A DNA stretch of 64,000 nucleotides from a virus. Of this stretch, positions 41,001-51,100 are shown piece by piece. How positions within the stretch are numbered: the stretch's first letter is position 1; each line of letters starts with the position of its first letter. The notes below the pieces were generated by a model. The model saw only the letters and a list, made by a program, of their open reading frames with translations. It made no database searches and was not told where the DNA came from. The stretch covers positions 1 to 64,000 of IMG/VR virus record IMGVR_UViG_3300030430_005214; one strand, given 5' to 3'. The position numbers were made by a program, and so were the translations under genes.

Positions 41001-41082
41001 TCTCACCTTTGAAATCATTCTTTGATAAAGGTTCTTCTGATTTTAAGTTCTTTTGCTCTTTAAATAAATCTTTTAAGGACAT
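32023..41082 (-). CDS. Giant baseplate wedge protein with LamG/concanavalin-A-like domain(s)
   Basis: 3019 aa; TVEFWLK...WHHYAI...FSGSIDEFRYWK LamG motifs; NLNYIYKTKGSEKSFRNLLRCFG wedge (gp7/gpI-like) motif; two genes downstream of gp6. Confidence 0.7.
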   Translation of the reverse strand: MSLKDLFKEQKNLKSEEPLSKNDFKGEIESFDYAAAINKRNARFEAIENFDSPAFFARFGLAEKYYEDSIKRIHDTYPYDGSLKEKVLWEVSSSLIDLYLFENGYPRTTGYANFLTGAATAGAEGGFFPPVNYLTEGFEYILAKGGPHAGSGNSLYYNQVTDNVVYRKDANIYDLDDNRENNLLIDGNKGNTVEFWLKKDAYVPDQEYFEFIVDAHVTGTTHTSDNYGRLSIALATTGTAANVNNQAFFVSYASGSTNNIRLYMGSPTLTTSSIADGNWHHYAIRMKTEGNQTLFDLFVDGEYNDSSTGVFPVGYVSGAIVSTIGAQAAEFYDGTAARGDRGWSPFSGSIDEFRYWKRWRTSKQIQTRWFDQVGGGTNTDISNTDLGVYFKFNEGITENTSVDSTVLDYSGRVSNGSWTGYNPAGSREIGSAILESSASTIEFKDPIVYDFHPDVLSYLSRMSKSGSIYDDTNANSLKSYMPGWILEQSETERDNLDGNQLLNLLQVVSSYFDETSILLEKLPELNNIKYYSGEATPPPFNKKSLESVGFVAPEIFVDATLLEKFDNRDEEIKFEKNLQEVKNIIYQNIYNNLNYIYKTKGSEKSFRNLLRCFGIGDNVLKINLYGNETVYKLEDNLRLITKKKNYANFNKIGNNDASIFQYKIDNDSTSFLSGTGVTDGTFEGVGLAFTLEANAILPNRVSIADYATVKESYQGTAANLYPLHKQTSLFGVHTADPYVENDLTWDTNDYANFQVSIVKDDKFSSNAYFKLSSTTGGLIPEMTSSIFDDVYDDQLWTVSVTVAPTKIESINQVSGSEESGYTVRFYGVNHIADYKAQEFLVTGTISNDSGRKILSSPKRVFVGAHRNNFTGSIVDFADTKIESCRAWYASLPTGTIDNHNIKLGNFGAERPTQNAFLYQNSINDKYVPQAHTLALLWDFTSVTGSDSNGEFAVEDVSSGSLSDNRYGWFSGLVSRRHTASGSFFLASSKEAVESLERSTFQPQVPEVLMDSNLTRILSEDDEFFNRNTRPTTYHLSIEKNLFQDISEEMLNMFGSVVWFNNMIGTPVNAYRGEYKELKKAADLFFEKVANDYDFDKYVEYFKFIDYAVSRYLVKLIPMSMLTFEDGISTVIENFVLGDRSKFTNKYSLVKDVKSEPDGIILGVNELSYPWKEGHAPITNDEADNCTWFKERSERANPIISSGDSNVDINRQTQLDSIVNETNATAPTLYNVKTSETYQGSTYVTRRLARPYKVKGINQPDIHGGGNAYQNKKVGFWDSIRKRPTQSTPGEGGLISIEPPDSKLESFKDCDDNLELNRGKRKYKFSVASVIDGGDDFSNVFKGDLVFPFGLYSSSIKNEAAMAPIADFQINLAITNLHHDSYGPFGDVPMQGPFTEKYVGGRAYRHVMTNFTPDNDPPDSEGERLEGWRITGSAEGIDLLNIAPENPKSVYFREEYAKRPVNIKNIKQLTAPVETEDQATDANGVTKIGNYSETYEIVMTNGRSLNNRYLVESEGNLPTEISSRDSAFVSGVIDFPLVRRDLTGSNKAIIVNRFSAPGDVSTMTEGMLDIAAAEFSVYNAMPFRNLPVRTVLNELYSDHSNQFGFFSDQFTVAAYDEAGFAPYPGGFSTVNFEDYSGTGSFHKVNRNGRPAITFGESLGRRRDDPFEQTVKYDNFHVQHAIPQTDVQYAWITASLIQNYTGSALFDYEKKDTSRGDFASSDLVFVSSSDVGGQIVPNQTNIRFPTTKEAATTTFYEIDFVGLNTIVRDEFDPDNNIVGQQLLLSLGLTPDPFGIFYGGYNNDIVGSLINTVFNPALTPYLNSILLNRQGPYGGANWKLYRKDNHPIVRHQKNHNQIGYLERVIGVKDPERPPSLVKNFTEPPVTSKYKPLIYKFKTGEERSITVALSSLGNIEKHFTDHTKESKLSRQYSGRHLDNIIPIRPELLFNKSYSPYAAFLNYLNENNIKDIAEVSYAETIYPKGLYTYLSGTRKRLNFVNKFWRDTREHRTENLLPNSREQGILTSSIWKLDSHDDFAENAEFVPYKGGMTQQDGVGELQNCYSLFHYQTGSDVVATINYNRRIKLIYQDKDEFPSSAPAELRAREADLYYFPTFATLQSASAIARYSASVGDTFWEATSSNDHKPFYDNYDQYAEEGFRNLKDGTVLPEFIISDYMSRFIANANNLQYDSYSPAGFFDVSMNMSKDLQIQFGLLSLTGTDNFATTEEFLNRYVFSDFYDYFKLVEEDFEDQRGVADVPTDTKLRTTKHKLTCEAILKFLPYDGFYPSERTTQLGKIFFQSLTADLFGTEKNVRTAAQPFFAPGILFNSIKSGIAVDYPVFTNEGGFTATPSLCWGHAISGNFDTRIPFGDLVQPKNIRIYDAEVDPDLALDSTASIVNVKDDHTFAMSNFLAETMNLFIGRGANQQAMIRSNQDNEVDAEIIIPEDGTYTMYLNLMNSMNIKNVADYLEQDAIMRVSPYDYVVGNADITSSLQVNTASVTMYDRAITGFNIDPFLYGSSFGPPVETGEFGKQDRTSAFKMGPINSDFGITGSAFDPFTPAYYNGFGTVQIFANLKEGVTTREEIFATASYSYNRLPTFSYPTVGNYATALLNAYKTTNHRYKMQLSASLFLGDENPNHVLYETKQEFQTEDGATAKKQLVAFKPRWECPVLDFTNASPQTSFISGNVAKGMWHQYGEIPERDNGIKLQAEGPNGKFITNNNVAADYPGLKDLARLLNIDTTQFSKVGKLNSSGDLSISNIAAPTTQREFSEAIIAIPFKYNEIINQTEFYHIDKEQFNLVKSNLYKSIDDRFDPLTTLNIRTFNEIKEKSPSVLDESKELYDLMSLMRKYVIPPHLDFLHNDKVSPFVMFMIEYSINLTQKDLQNMWQNVEPTFARKALKVKSETSLHLMPTTKAQGRQPATDVKIPYHPYFAPKKGLNEFFDSTKTRWAVFKVKKRAAMNYNSMVGKINLNGTEYIRKDLGPQQANDFLYSYNWPYDFFSLIELAKLNSITTFNPTYNEEE

Positions 41083-41083
41083 A

Positions 41084-42943
41084 TTATTCTACTCTAAACC
41101 TAAACCTTTCTGGTTGCTGAACATAGCTTCCATTGATTAAATAAGCAAAACTTAGCTCATAAACCGTGTCCGTATCAAACAAGTCCATTTCTAAATCAAA
41201 GTAGCTGCCACTCGCATCATAAGACAATCGAGTATGGTTTATAGAACCAGTCCCAAAAGGAACAACTTCTAGATTATCGTTTACTCTAGTGAACCGATAG
41301 TAAGTATTATCAATTATACTTGTTTCTATTTTATTATTCGCTACTGTATAAATAGTTGGGGACCAATCTTTTTGACGAGTATAAAGTCTAAATCTAACCT
41401 TTTCATTTTTAGAATAAGTAGAACGTAGATTGATGACTTTAGAAACATATTTTTGATCAAAATTGTAATTTTGACTGCCAAACGTTTTTACTTTTATCGC
41501 TGAACCAGTGTGGTATTCAATTCCTCCGCTATGCCAAACATCAAATATGGTTGTTATGCTAGCAGAATCGTATGCAAACGAGCAAGAATATATACCAGTT
41601 TCTACGTGAGAAGCTGTTATGTTAATCATAGTGGCGTCATTGGCAACACCCCCGCCGACTGGTAAGGATAGCGGACTTCCAATAGGGGTAGTTGAACCAC
41701 TGTATATATTTACATTCAACACTTGAACACCAGAATTTTCACCCAAATCAGGAATATCTTTTAATTGTCCTTTGACAACATTATAAAGATATAGGTTCAT
41801 TAAGTTATCTGGACCGGTAACAAGCGATGAGCTTAAAAAGAAATCTCCTCGATTATCTTTTTTGCTATCATCCCAACGGGCTTCAATAATCGGGCGCTTA
41901 TGAAAAAATTGTGAACCTCTTGCAAAAAACTTTTTAGTGTAAAATGAATTATTTGCCGTTTCATTTGAACCTGTAAGGCGTACACCAAAGCCAAAATTTG
42001 ACAGGCCAGCGCTGGCTGGTCCTTTTATCCAATCTTCAACTAGATGACTTACATCTAGTTCTAAATTTTCAAAACCTGTGTCAAATGCTTGAGTGAAGGT
42101 GTACTCCTCACTGTCAACATAGCTACCACCTTCAACGTTAGAACCGCTAGTGAAGTTGTTGACAACAAAAGCACCCATACCTGAGTCTTGTGCGTTCGTT
42201 TTATTACCTGCAGTGCCAGGAGTATTTTGGGTAATAAGAACATTGTTGCCTGTTTTCGATGCAGTGAAACCAATATTTGTGCCGGCATTAATCCGTGCAA
42301 TGATTTGATCTGCGGTGGCTCCTGCATCACCGCCAGCCATGCCGTCGATACCAATATTGACAGTAGTACCAGGAGTATATGCTGTAGTGTTTGCCGATAC
42401 GTTTACACCTGTTACAAACCCATATGTTGTTGAGGTACCGGCTGCGTCAGTCAATGTAAATGTACCTGCAGTCAGCAGCTCTTTCACCACGGTTTCAATT
42501 GTCGCGGTGGCTTTGCCGGTGATGTCTGCCCAAGGCGTGTCACTTGAAGCAGAGAGATAATTTGATGCATCTTCATCTAAATATTCTTCCATATCTAAAC
42601 CAAGACCTTCATTCCAAGATTGAGATATTGGCTGGACTACAAGTGTATAATTTTTTGGAGTTGTTTGTGTATGTTCTGCATTATACATCTTTAAAAAGAA
42701 ATTAACGCTACCGGAGGCCGGTATTTTTTTCGCGGTGCGATCTGAATTAATTTCAGTAACGTCAAATTCAATAAGAATACGTGACAGTTCAGAAGATGAA
42801 GTTGTAGCCTGAGCATATATGCTAAACACCTCCAATGTGTCTGACTGGCCCATGTTTCCAGCAGTGCCGCGGGTTCGTAAATTCGCCTTAAAAGCATTTG
42901 TAATTGTATTGTCTTTTGTAGCATAATATCTTTTTATTGCCAT
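41084..42943 (-). CDS. Virion/baseplate protein (DNRLRE/CBM96-like N-terminus, Ig-like C-terminus)
   Basis: KDNTI...SRILIEFD...FFLKMYNA...PISQSWNEG.G...LDVSHLVEDW pattern; directly after gp6. Confidence 0.6.
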   Translation of the reverse strand: MAIKRYYATKDNTITNAFKANLRTRGTAGNMGQSDTLEVFSIYAQATTSSSELSRILIEFDVTEINSDRTAKKIPASGSVNFFLKMYNAEHTQTTPKNYTLVVQPISQSWNEGLGLDMEEYLDEDASNYLSASSDTPWADITGKATATIETVVKELLTAGTFTLTDAAGTSTTYGFVTGVNVSANTTAYTPGTTVNIGIDGMAGGDAGATADQIIARINAGTNIGFTASKTGNNVLITQNTPGTAGNKTNAQDSGMGAFVVNNFTSGSNVEGGSYVDSEEYTFTQAFDTGFENLELDVSHLVEDWIKGPASAGLSNFGFGVRLTGSNETANNSFYTKKFFARGSQFFHKRPIIEARWDDSKKDNRGDFFLSSSLVTGPDNLMNLYLYNVVKGQLKDIPDLGENSGVQVLNVNIYSGSTTPIGSPLSLPVGGGVANDATMINITASHVETGIYSCSFAYDSASITTIFDVWHSGGIEYHTGSAIKVKTFGSQNYNFDQKYVSKVINLRSTYSKNEKVRFRLYTRQKDWSPTIYTVANNKIETSIIDNTYYRFTRVNDNLEVVPFGTGSINHTRLSYDASGSYFDLEMDLFDTDTVYELSFAYLINGSYVQQPERFRFRVE

Positions 42944-44745
42944 TAGATCACTTCCCCATTAATATCAACAGTCGGGAATTTAATTTCAAAAACAGTATTT
43001 TCAGGAGCAATTAAATATCTACCATCCTTTGAAATCATTTCATCATAGGATACAGAGTACGAAGAGTATCCAAAGCCTTCTTTTTGTGTTACAGTAACCA
43101 ACTTGGTGTCGACAACAGATGGTATATTGTTCAATAATTTATAAACATCTGTAATTTTAAAAGGCTCTCCAATATCGTAATATCGATCTGAATAAAACAA
43201 AGCTAGAGTGTTGATACATTCAGTAATAACATCAAACTTATTAACATTAGCAAACGAGACAACTTCAAAATCAATTTGTAAATTTATTATTCTTCCATCT
43301 AATATATCAACAGTGTCACCAATCATTTTATATTGATTAATCCAATTTCTTAAATTTTGTTTAACAATATTATTTGTAGTCGTAAATTGATTTGTGCTAT
43401 TGAGTGACAAAACATATAAATTTAAATTTTTTCCGTTAAAACTAGTTTGATCTCTAATGATATTAGCTCTTTTTATTTGGCCAAAGTTTGATGGCATATT
43501 ATAACAAAGAGAAATATAATCATCTTTTGTTACTGCTCTATATTGTGATGAGTATGCGCCTTTTGCTCTTGCCTTTACTTCATCGATATCTGGACGTTGA
43601 CTGTTTGATCCACCATTAATTTGTTTTTCGTTTGTTAATTCTAGACTATCTCTAACTAAACTAATTTCAGCTGGACTAAGAGAAATTTCATCAATAAAAG
43701 AAAAATTAGCACCGACAGGGTTTACTATGGTATCAACTGGGGCATTAACCGACACTGATGTATTTCTTCTATATACAACAGTTAAAACCGTGTTACTTGG
43801 TGCAATCCCAAGTTTGGTTGTTTTTGTTAATACTGTTGGGTCAAAAGACTTTTCAGTTATGTGGTCTTTTCCAAATATATCTAGCGCCATAGTGGTTGGA
43901 TCTAAAAACTTCTCTTCATTGTCTTCAGTTCCATAGCCAAACTGAAGCTCTGCGCCGTAAAGGGTCGGTTCTGCGGTAAATCGTCTTGGTACCGATATTG
44001 GCTTATATATGTTCTTTGCAAAGCTCTTGTTATCATTTGTATTTAGTACCGGCACATATACAACGTCTTGAGTTAAATAATCCACCTCGTAATAATTGTT
44101 TCCCTTGGTATCAAAAACAGAAACAATTTCTGTTAGGTTGCTATCAAAAAGATCTATTTTAAGAAATCTTCTGTAGTCTCCAATATTAAAAGTTTTACTT
44201 TGCAATTCGCCTGAAACTACCACGCCTTTTGCTTTTAAAGCAAATCTAGTGGGAGATGTTCCGGCTGGGTTTGATGCGGCAACTAAAATGGAATCTTCAG
44301 TTTGTGAAAAGTCTATATCCTCTATTAAAGTAAACAAGCTTCCATTCTGTGAAGAAAATGTAGAATTTTTTCTCAATATTGGCGCATAATTATAATCTGG
44401 CGCGGCACCATTACCAACGGCGGGTACCGTGACAAAAAAACTAACTTCGCCAAAAGCTGATGCATTTGGTCTATATTTATATCCATACTGCTTTACGAGT
44501 TTTAATATATTGGAAAACTCTAATGAAGTTTCTAAATATGCTTCGTTGGCTTGGTAATCAGTATAAAATGATACTATATCGCCAACATAGGCTACCATAT
44601 CTAAAAGCAAAGAGCCAAAAGATGCTTCATTAAAATCTCTAAAAGTTTCCGGGTAGTATTTTTGAGCGTAGTTTATTAAATCTCTTTTAATGCTAGCAAA
44701 ATCTCTAGAAGAATAATTAATTATCGGTTTTTTTATCTCAGGCAT
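42943..44745 (-). CDS. Baseplate wedge subunit (T4 gp6 / baseplate J-like)
   Basis: INYSSRDFASIKRDL...YPETFRDFNEASFGSLLLDMVAYVGD...QANEAYL; QYRAVTKDDY. Confidence 0.9.
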   Translation of the reverse strand: MPEIKKPIINYSSRDFASIKRDLINYAQKYYPETFRDFNEASFGSLLLDMVAYVGDIVSFYTDYQANEAYLETSLEFSNILKLVKQYGYKYRPNASAFGEVSFFVTVPAVGNGAAPDYNYAPILRKNSTFSSQNGSLFTLIEDIDFSQTEDSILVAASNPAGTSPTRFALKAKGVVVSGELQSKTFNIGDYRRFLKIDLFDSNLTEIVSVFDTKGNNYYEVDYLTQDVVYVPVLNTNDNKSFAKNIYKPISVPRRFTAEPTLYGAELQFGYGTEDNEEKFLDPTTMALDIFGKDHITEKSFDPTVLTKTTKLGIAPSNTVLTVVYRRNTSVSVNAPVDTIVNPVGANFSFIDEISLSPAEISLVRDSLELTNEKQINGGSNSQRPDIDEVKARAKGAYSSQYRAVTKDDYISLCYNMPSNFGQIKRANIIRDQTSFNGKNLNLYVLSLNSTNQFTTTNNIVKQNLRNWINQYKMIGDTVDILDGRIINLQIDFEVVSFANVNKFDVITECINTLALFYSDRYYDIGEPFKITDVYKLLNNIPSVVDTKLVTVTQKEGFGYSSYSVSYDEMISKDGRYLIAPENTVFEIKFPTVDINGEVI

Positions 44746-44758
44746 CCTTGTGTTTTCC

Positions 44759-45130
44759 TTATAATTCTATGCTTAAAGTTAAATTGCTTAAACTAACAGA
44801 AGGCACGGAATAAAAAATTCTCACGGCTAAAATTTGCTCACTGTCTCCATGAAACTCCAGGTCATCTATGTTGATAAAAGGCATATATGTGTTCACCTGC
44901 TCATTTATCTTTTCGGCAATTTCTGATTGTGTGGATAATTCATTGCTCTCAAACAAATAGTTTCTTAATCCAACTCCAAAATCTGGTATCATAACTCTTT
45001 CACCAGGCGCCGTCAAAACTAGATTTTTAAAGTTTTGTTGTATGTTTTGCGCTAAAGTTTTTGTCAAAGAGTAAAAACCGTCAGTATCATCTCTTTGTAA
45101 TGGTATAACCGGTGATATTCCAAAAGCCAT
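44759..45130 (-). CDS. Baseplate wedge/sheath initiator (gp25/GPW family)
   Basis: IQQNFKNLVLTAPGERVMIPDFGVGLRNYLFE. Confidence 0.92.
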   Translation of the reverse strand: MAFGISPVIPLQRDDTDGFYSLTKTLAQNIQQNFKNLVLTAPGERVMIPDFGVGLRNYLFESNELSTQSEIAEKINEQVNTYMPFINIDDLEFHGDSEQILAVRIFYSVPSVSLSNLTLSIEL

Positions 45131-45148
45131 TTAAAACCCTCTTAAGAG

Positions 45149-45155
45149 TAATTAG
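45149..45155 (-). promoter_or_regulatory. Putative late promoter motif CTAATTA
   Basis: About 20 nt upstream of the gp25 ATG. Confidence 0.6.
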
Positions 45156-45172
45156 ATAAGTCAAATATTTTA

Positions 45173-48100
45173 TTAACTATCCTCTTCATCTTCATTACCT
45201 GATTGGTAAGAGTTAATCAGTGTGTTAATCAAGTCAGGAGAAATAATATTAGTTTCATTACCACCAAAGTTACTACTTTGTACAATTTGGTTGATCAAAT
45301 CTAAGTTGACAGCACCCGATTCCGATCCTTGATATTGTTGTAAATAATTTTCAAAGAATTTACTTTGTTGTCCAATCTTATCAAGACAAGGTGCTAAAGG
45401 TGGTTGTTTTTGTTCTTCTACAGGCCCTTGTTCATCACCATCTTTATCTTGATTTATTAATTTAGCAGCGATGCCGAACGGTGTCAGTGGACCAGGAAGC
45501 AACCATGGCGTTTGCCAAGTCGGATCGACTATGTTTGCAAACGCTGATAAAAATCCCTTTAAAAGACCCAAGCCTATTTGCCCTGCGGCCTCACCAATTT
45601 CATCTAATGTTACAACGTCTTTAGCGCGGGTAGGATGATAGATATCGCCATTTGCAGCGGCAGCTGCTGACAATAAAATATTAAGAGAATTTTTAATTGA
45701 TGGATTAAAATTTGTTTCCATTTTGGGATAATTGGTCTCAACAAATATTTTATGTAGCAAAGAGATTATAGTTGTTTGCTCTTTAAGGAAAACAGATTTT
45801 AAAAGTTTTTCAAATGTTTCTCTATTTTCTTGGCCGGCATACAACATTATGATAAACAAATCAAAAATATTCATCTTATTATCTATAAAAACAGGAACCA
45901 AGTCTTTATTAACAGCCAATCCACCGCGTATTGCACGATATTTAATTGGAAATTGAAGAAAGTAAAACTCAGAAAGCCCACCTACACCTGGTATAGATTC
46001 GACCAGGGCTTTTCGATAACCTAAATGGTTTTCTGGATCACCGGCGCCGAATGAGTAGCCATCACCCAGAATAGTGCCATCCATGGCATATTTTCTATTT
46101 GGACCAGTAGGACTATAAGGTAAAGGATCGGAATAAGGAAATACAAATTGATCCTCAAATTTAGCAGGTTTAAACTTTTCATTTAGCTTATAGCCTATTT
46201 TTTCTACGTCATCGTCATTGTACTCTGCCCAACCGAAATTATATTCCCACTTTAATTGTATGTAAGGTCTTATTCCTGTGGCCCAATCGCCATTATCCAA
46301 AAATGATGATCCAGCTGCTTCTCCAGATACATCAAAAATCTTTTGTAGGTGCGCCTTGACTAAAATATTGTATTCTTGCCTAGTCAAGAATTGATTTGAT
46401 TCAGGAATATTTTTACTTAGAAATAAAGGATATTTTATTTGATTTTGAGAGCTTATAGGGCCTAAATCATTGTCATCAGTCACCGTACCCAACGACCCAA
46501 AGCTTGGTTCACCAATAAATTGATCCGCTATAGATTGAAAAGATTTTAAAGATGCTTCCGTTAAAGCATTCGAAATTAATTCTTTATTTTGATGACCATC
46601 AATAAATAAAGCATCAAGAATATCGGTTAAAGAAAGAAACTCACTGCCCGCAAAAGGGTCATCCAGTGATTTGCCAACATTCCACCAAATATTATTAAGA
46701 TAAGAGACTTTCTCTATCGTATTAACAGAGCTTTTAGAAAAATTTGAATAGCTTTTAAGTTTATAAAAATAACTATATATATCATTTTTATTATTTGAAA
46801 ATACAAATTCATTAATGTTATTCGTGTTTAGTATCACACTAGCATCAAGACCATCGATGTTATAAAAATTTTCATCAAAATAATACCCTGCTTTGTCAAT
46901 TTTTATAAAAAAGTCAAACCAGGTCAGTTCCTGCTTAATTGGTTGTTTCAATTCAAAGAAGGGAAGTTGAAGGGTGCTTGATTTTCTTTCATGTCCAATT
47001 TTTTCTTCTATGAGTGTTTTTTGTTTTGTATAAGCAGTTAATGGCCCAAGAAGAGGAGTTGGAGCAGTGTTTTCAAATACAGAATTATAAAATTCGGCAG
47101 ATATTTGACCAGTAAGATCAGCTATTTTTGTTTCTATTCTGGTTACAGTATTAAATTCGTAAATATCAGAAATCTTTTGAGAATATAACCACTGAAAGAA
47201 GTTTCTGCCTTTAACATATATAACATTGTCAATTGTTGTTGAAATATTAAATAGTGGTTTTTGTTCCAGTAAGCTACCTTCGAGGAGTGCTTTTAGATCT
47301 TGCATGAATATGTTTTCATTACGAATGAGCTGAAAAAATTCTCCTGTTCTAGAATTTAATTCTGGGTTTACATAATGTGAATTTGGATTATTAATAAATA
47401 ATGTATCAATTGTTAGATTATTTAATTGGTTTGTTGTTTCTGTATCTAAAAGTTCATTTTGAATGTCAAAAATATCTTTTGACTGCAATATATTAAGACT
47501 ATCGTTATCAACTGGGTAAGTAAATCTTCCTAATAAACTTTCAACATCGCTTAAATAAGTTTTTCCAAAAACAGACATGTCAACAAAACCGAACAATGAA
47601 CTTTTCGAAAAAGAAGTATACCAGTTAAGATTATCCAAATTAGCAAAAAAGTTATCTTCAAAATTATATTTAAAAAACCAATACATTAAATCAAACCCGA
47701 CGTCCGGATTTAAATTAGTATATTGGAATATTGGACTAGAGGCGTCTTCGTTGTCTAAGTTATCTATAAACTCAATTATTTGCGGAAACAACATAAATAA
47801 TCTCGTATCATACAAAAACATTTTTAATTTTTTTTTGTAGTTGTCGGTGCCGATACCGGGTTCAACATATTTACCTAAGAACAACAAAAACGTTTCAATG
47901 AGTTGTTTTAACTGTGGGTCGGAAAAGAAATTTGTTTTTGGCTTAATTTCAATATATTTTTCTAAAATTAAACCATCTTTAGGTATTGTTTCTATTCCCG
48001 GTTGTTTATCCGTGGCTGTAAAATTATAATTAAGCTCCGGAGCTAAATCCGATGCGGCGGCTAAAAAGTAATTAAAAGAATTTTGTTCGCCAACTACGGC

Positions 48101-51100
48101 CAAAGGATAAGTGCTAATATTTCCTTTAAAAGAAATTTTCGTTTTACCATCATTTATTGGAAGATAATCGTTTATTAAAGCATCAACTTGATCTATTCTA
48201 TCTGCTTTTTTAATCGGTGGTGGCGCTGCTTCATCACTGATAATTTCAAATTCTGAGCTAGCCTCAGATGCGTTTTCGGCTAAGAGTTGATATTCTGATT
48301 TATCAAAAAGAATTTCTTCTTCACTAAAAGTGTTTGCAAATAAAGAAGAAAATTCACTTTTAATAAATGCTATCTGTGAGTCAATTTCAAATTGCAATGC
48401 AAATTCATCTGTTAGTGCTTCATTCTGAAATAAAATTCTTGTAATTTCAGTTATAAACTTTTTTAAAATTTGATCATAAAAATCTTCAAATTTATAATAA
48501 TCTGATTCAAATCTTTGATTTAAAGAGTTTATTATTTCAGATCTTAAAATTTGTTCATAAATACTTTTTGGGACATTAGAATTAAAAAATCCAAAGCCGC
48601 GGGGGAACACACTAAAAACAAAAATTGATTTTAAGAATTCTTTTATTGTAATACTTCTAATAAAAGCGTCAGTAGCTACTTTTACAACTGCAACATTTAT
48701 AGGAGTTTCTGTTGCTGAATTCGGAGACAAGCAGACTAGTCTTTGAGAAAGCTTTACAACCTGATCTATAAACGCACTTTTATTCATAAAGCCTAAAAAG
48801 CATGTAGACTCTGTGCCGCCGGCACTTGTAATTGAATTGATGTTTTTATTAAGATTAAGTTTTTCCCAATTTTCTCTCTCGTATAATCCTAATTTAAAAG
48901 TATCTAAAGCTAAATCAAAAAACATTCCATTTATAATTTTAGAATAAAAATCATTTTTTAAAGAAAGCTCACAAACTTTTTGTTTAACAATCTCATTGTA
49001 TTTTGGTTGATTAATTACACCTGTATCGTATTTAAATAAAATCTCCTGGGCTGTTTCTCCAGATTCAAAATATTGATTTTCTTTATAACTTGCTAAAGTG
49101 AAGACGGAGCCGCCGGCGTCTGCTTCTTCGGTGGCGTCCTCATCGACGTTTTGAATATGATACGCAAAATCAGTAATATTTCCAGCAGAAGAATAAACAA
49201 AATTAATACCCCTTTTTATATTAAAATTGTCAGGTTCACTTTCAAAATTAAAAACGAGGCCCGGGCCGGTGAGAGCGCTTTGACCTTGAAATCTTATTTG
49301 ATTATTGTTGAATGCCTCTAAATAAGATGTATATACTTTTGAACCGACAATATTTCGACTTTTTTGAATTTCTGTTAAACTGTCAAGGTTGTCTTCAATA
49401 AATTGCTCTGTCGATACAAAAGTTCCGGGTTGGACATCTCTAAATCCATCTATTCCTTTTTCAATATCTTCAAAAATAATTTTATAGTTAGATATATCAC
49501 CTTCAAATAATGTATCTAAATTTCCAAAAACAGAGTCTGCTAAAATTTTAGCATTACTTATCTCCAATTCAGTTAATTTAGCGCTACCATCCTCACACGG
49601 ATCTAAAGGTCTATTTTCTTTAAAAAGATTATTGATATCAGGTATAAGATTTCCTAATATAAGAGTTTTAAGCGCTTTGTTTGCAGCTAGAGCATCTTTT
49701 ACACCATCGGGGTCAATTCCATTGCTAAACACATCTGCTAGTGTTGTTTCATCTAAACCCATACATATTTCAAATAATTTTGATTTTTGATCATTAAAAT
49801 CTTTTGCCGCTTCTGCACAAAAAGAAAAATCAAAATCTTTGTTTATGAATGAAAAAAGTTCTTTTATACCTTGAATATTTCCATAGTATGCTAAAAAATC
49901 TGTGTCTTGAAGAAAACTTAACTCACTTATCAATCCAATTGCTGCTTCGTATAATCTTGGACCGGCTGTTTGATCTATCATTGAACAAATCTGTCTAATG
50001 GAAAAATTAGCAGATATAAGATCCAGAATTTGCTTATATATATCAGGTGTTATAGTATCGTCAATTTTTTTGGCTTCTTTATAGGATTTACTATTATCAA
50101 TGGAGCCGATTTTTCCGCCAGTTTTTGACTTTGAGTCGATTATAAAATTAGATAAATCGATTGCACCGAATGGGTCAAATGGTGTATTTACAAGCTCTTC
50201 TTCGGAACAAAATTCTGTAATTTTACCTATAGTGTAGAATATGCCACTTAAAATCAAATCCCTTGCCAAATTTAAACCTATCTGTTTAAATTGTTCTAAC
50301 AATTCTTCAAAAATGTCTCTTACAGGATAATCTGTTCTTAAGAACATTTGCATTTTTCTTTTAAACGCTTTACCTACAGAAGCTGCATTATCTTCAAAAA
50401 ACTCTCCAACCTCCTTGGCATCTCTAAAAAGCTGATATATAAAATATATAACTGCTGGTACGGTGCCGTAAATAGCTAAACACAGATAGTATCTTTTTGT
50501 TCCGTCTTCGGCGCTAAATATTTCATTAATATATTCGTCAAAAGTCTCTACTCCAAATTCTTCAAACTTTTTAAGAGTAATCCATGGCGAAGTATCTCGC
50601 TTTTGCAGCTCTTCTAATGTGGCAATTATTTGCTTAAACTTGATTAAATTTATGTCAAATATATTTTTTCGGCTTTGAAGATCTTGAGCCATGTAATTTT
50701 CAGGAAAAAGAAATGCTGTCCCGTCAGAGTTTAAATAATCTTGCGGAACTGCAACACCAGATTTTAAATTGCTGTATATTTGTCCACTAATGTTATTAAG
50801 ATTATTTATGGTTTCTGCAATCGATTCATTACCAGCTAATGTTCCGGGTGAGCCAAGCGAGCCAAATAATTGATTAGCAGCATAACTGCTCTTGACTTCT
50901 GCCTTTTCAGCTTGTGTTAAATGCGGACAAACAATAATTAATCTAGGTATAATATCCTCCATTAATGAACGATATATAAATGCTTGATCCTCTCCGTTGT
51001 TCTTTGCAGCCGTTAGACTACTTATTTGTGAGGTTAAAGATCCAATTTGTGTATTATAATATTTATCTAGATTTACTAAATTTTCTGGCGGCGTTTGGCC

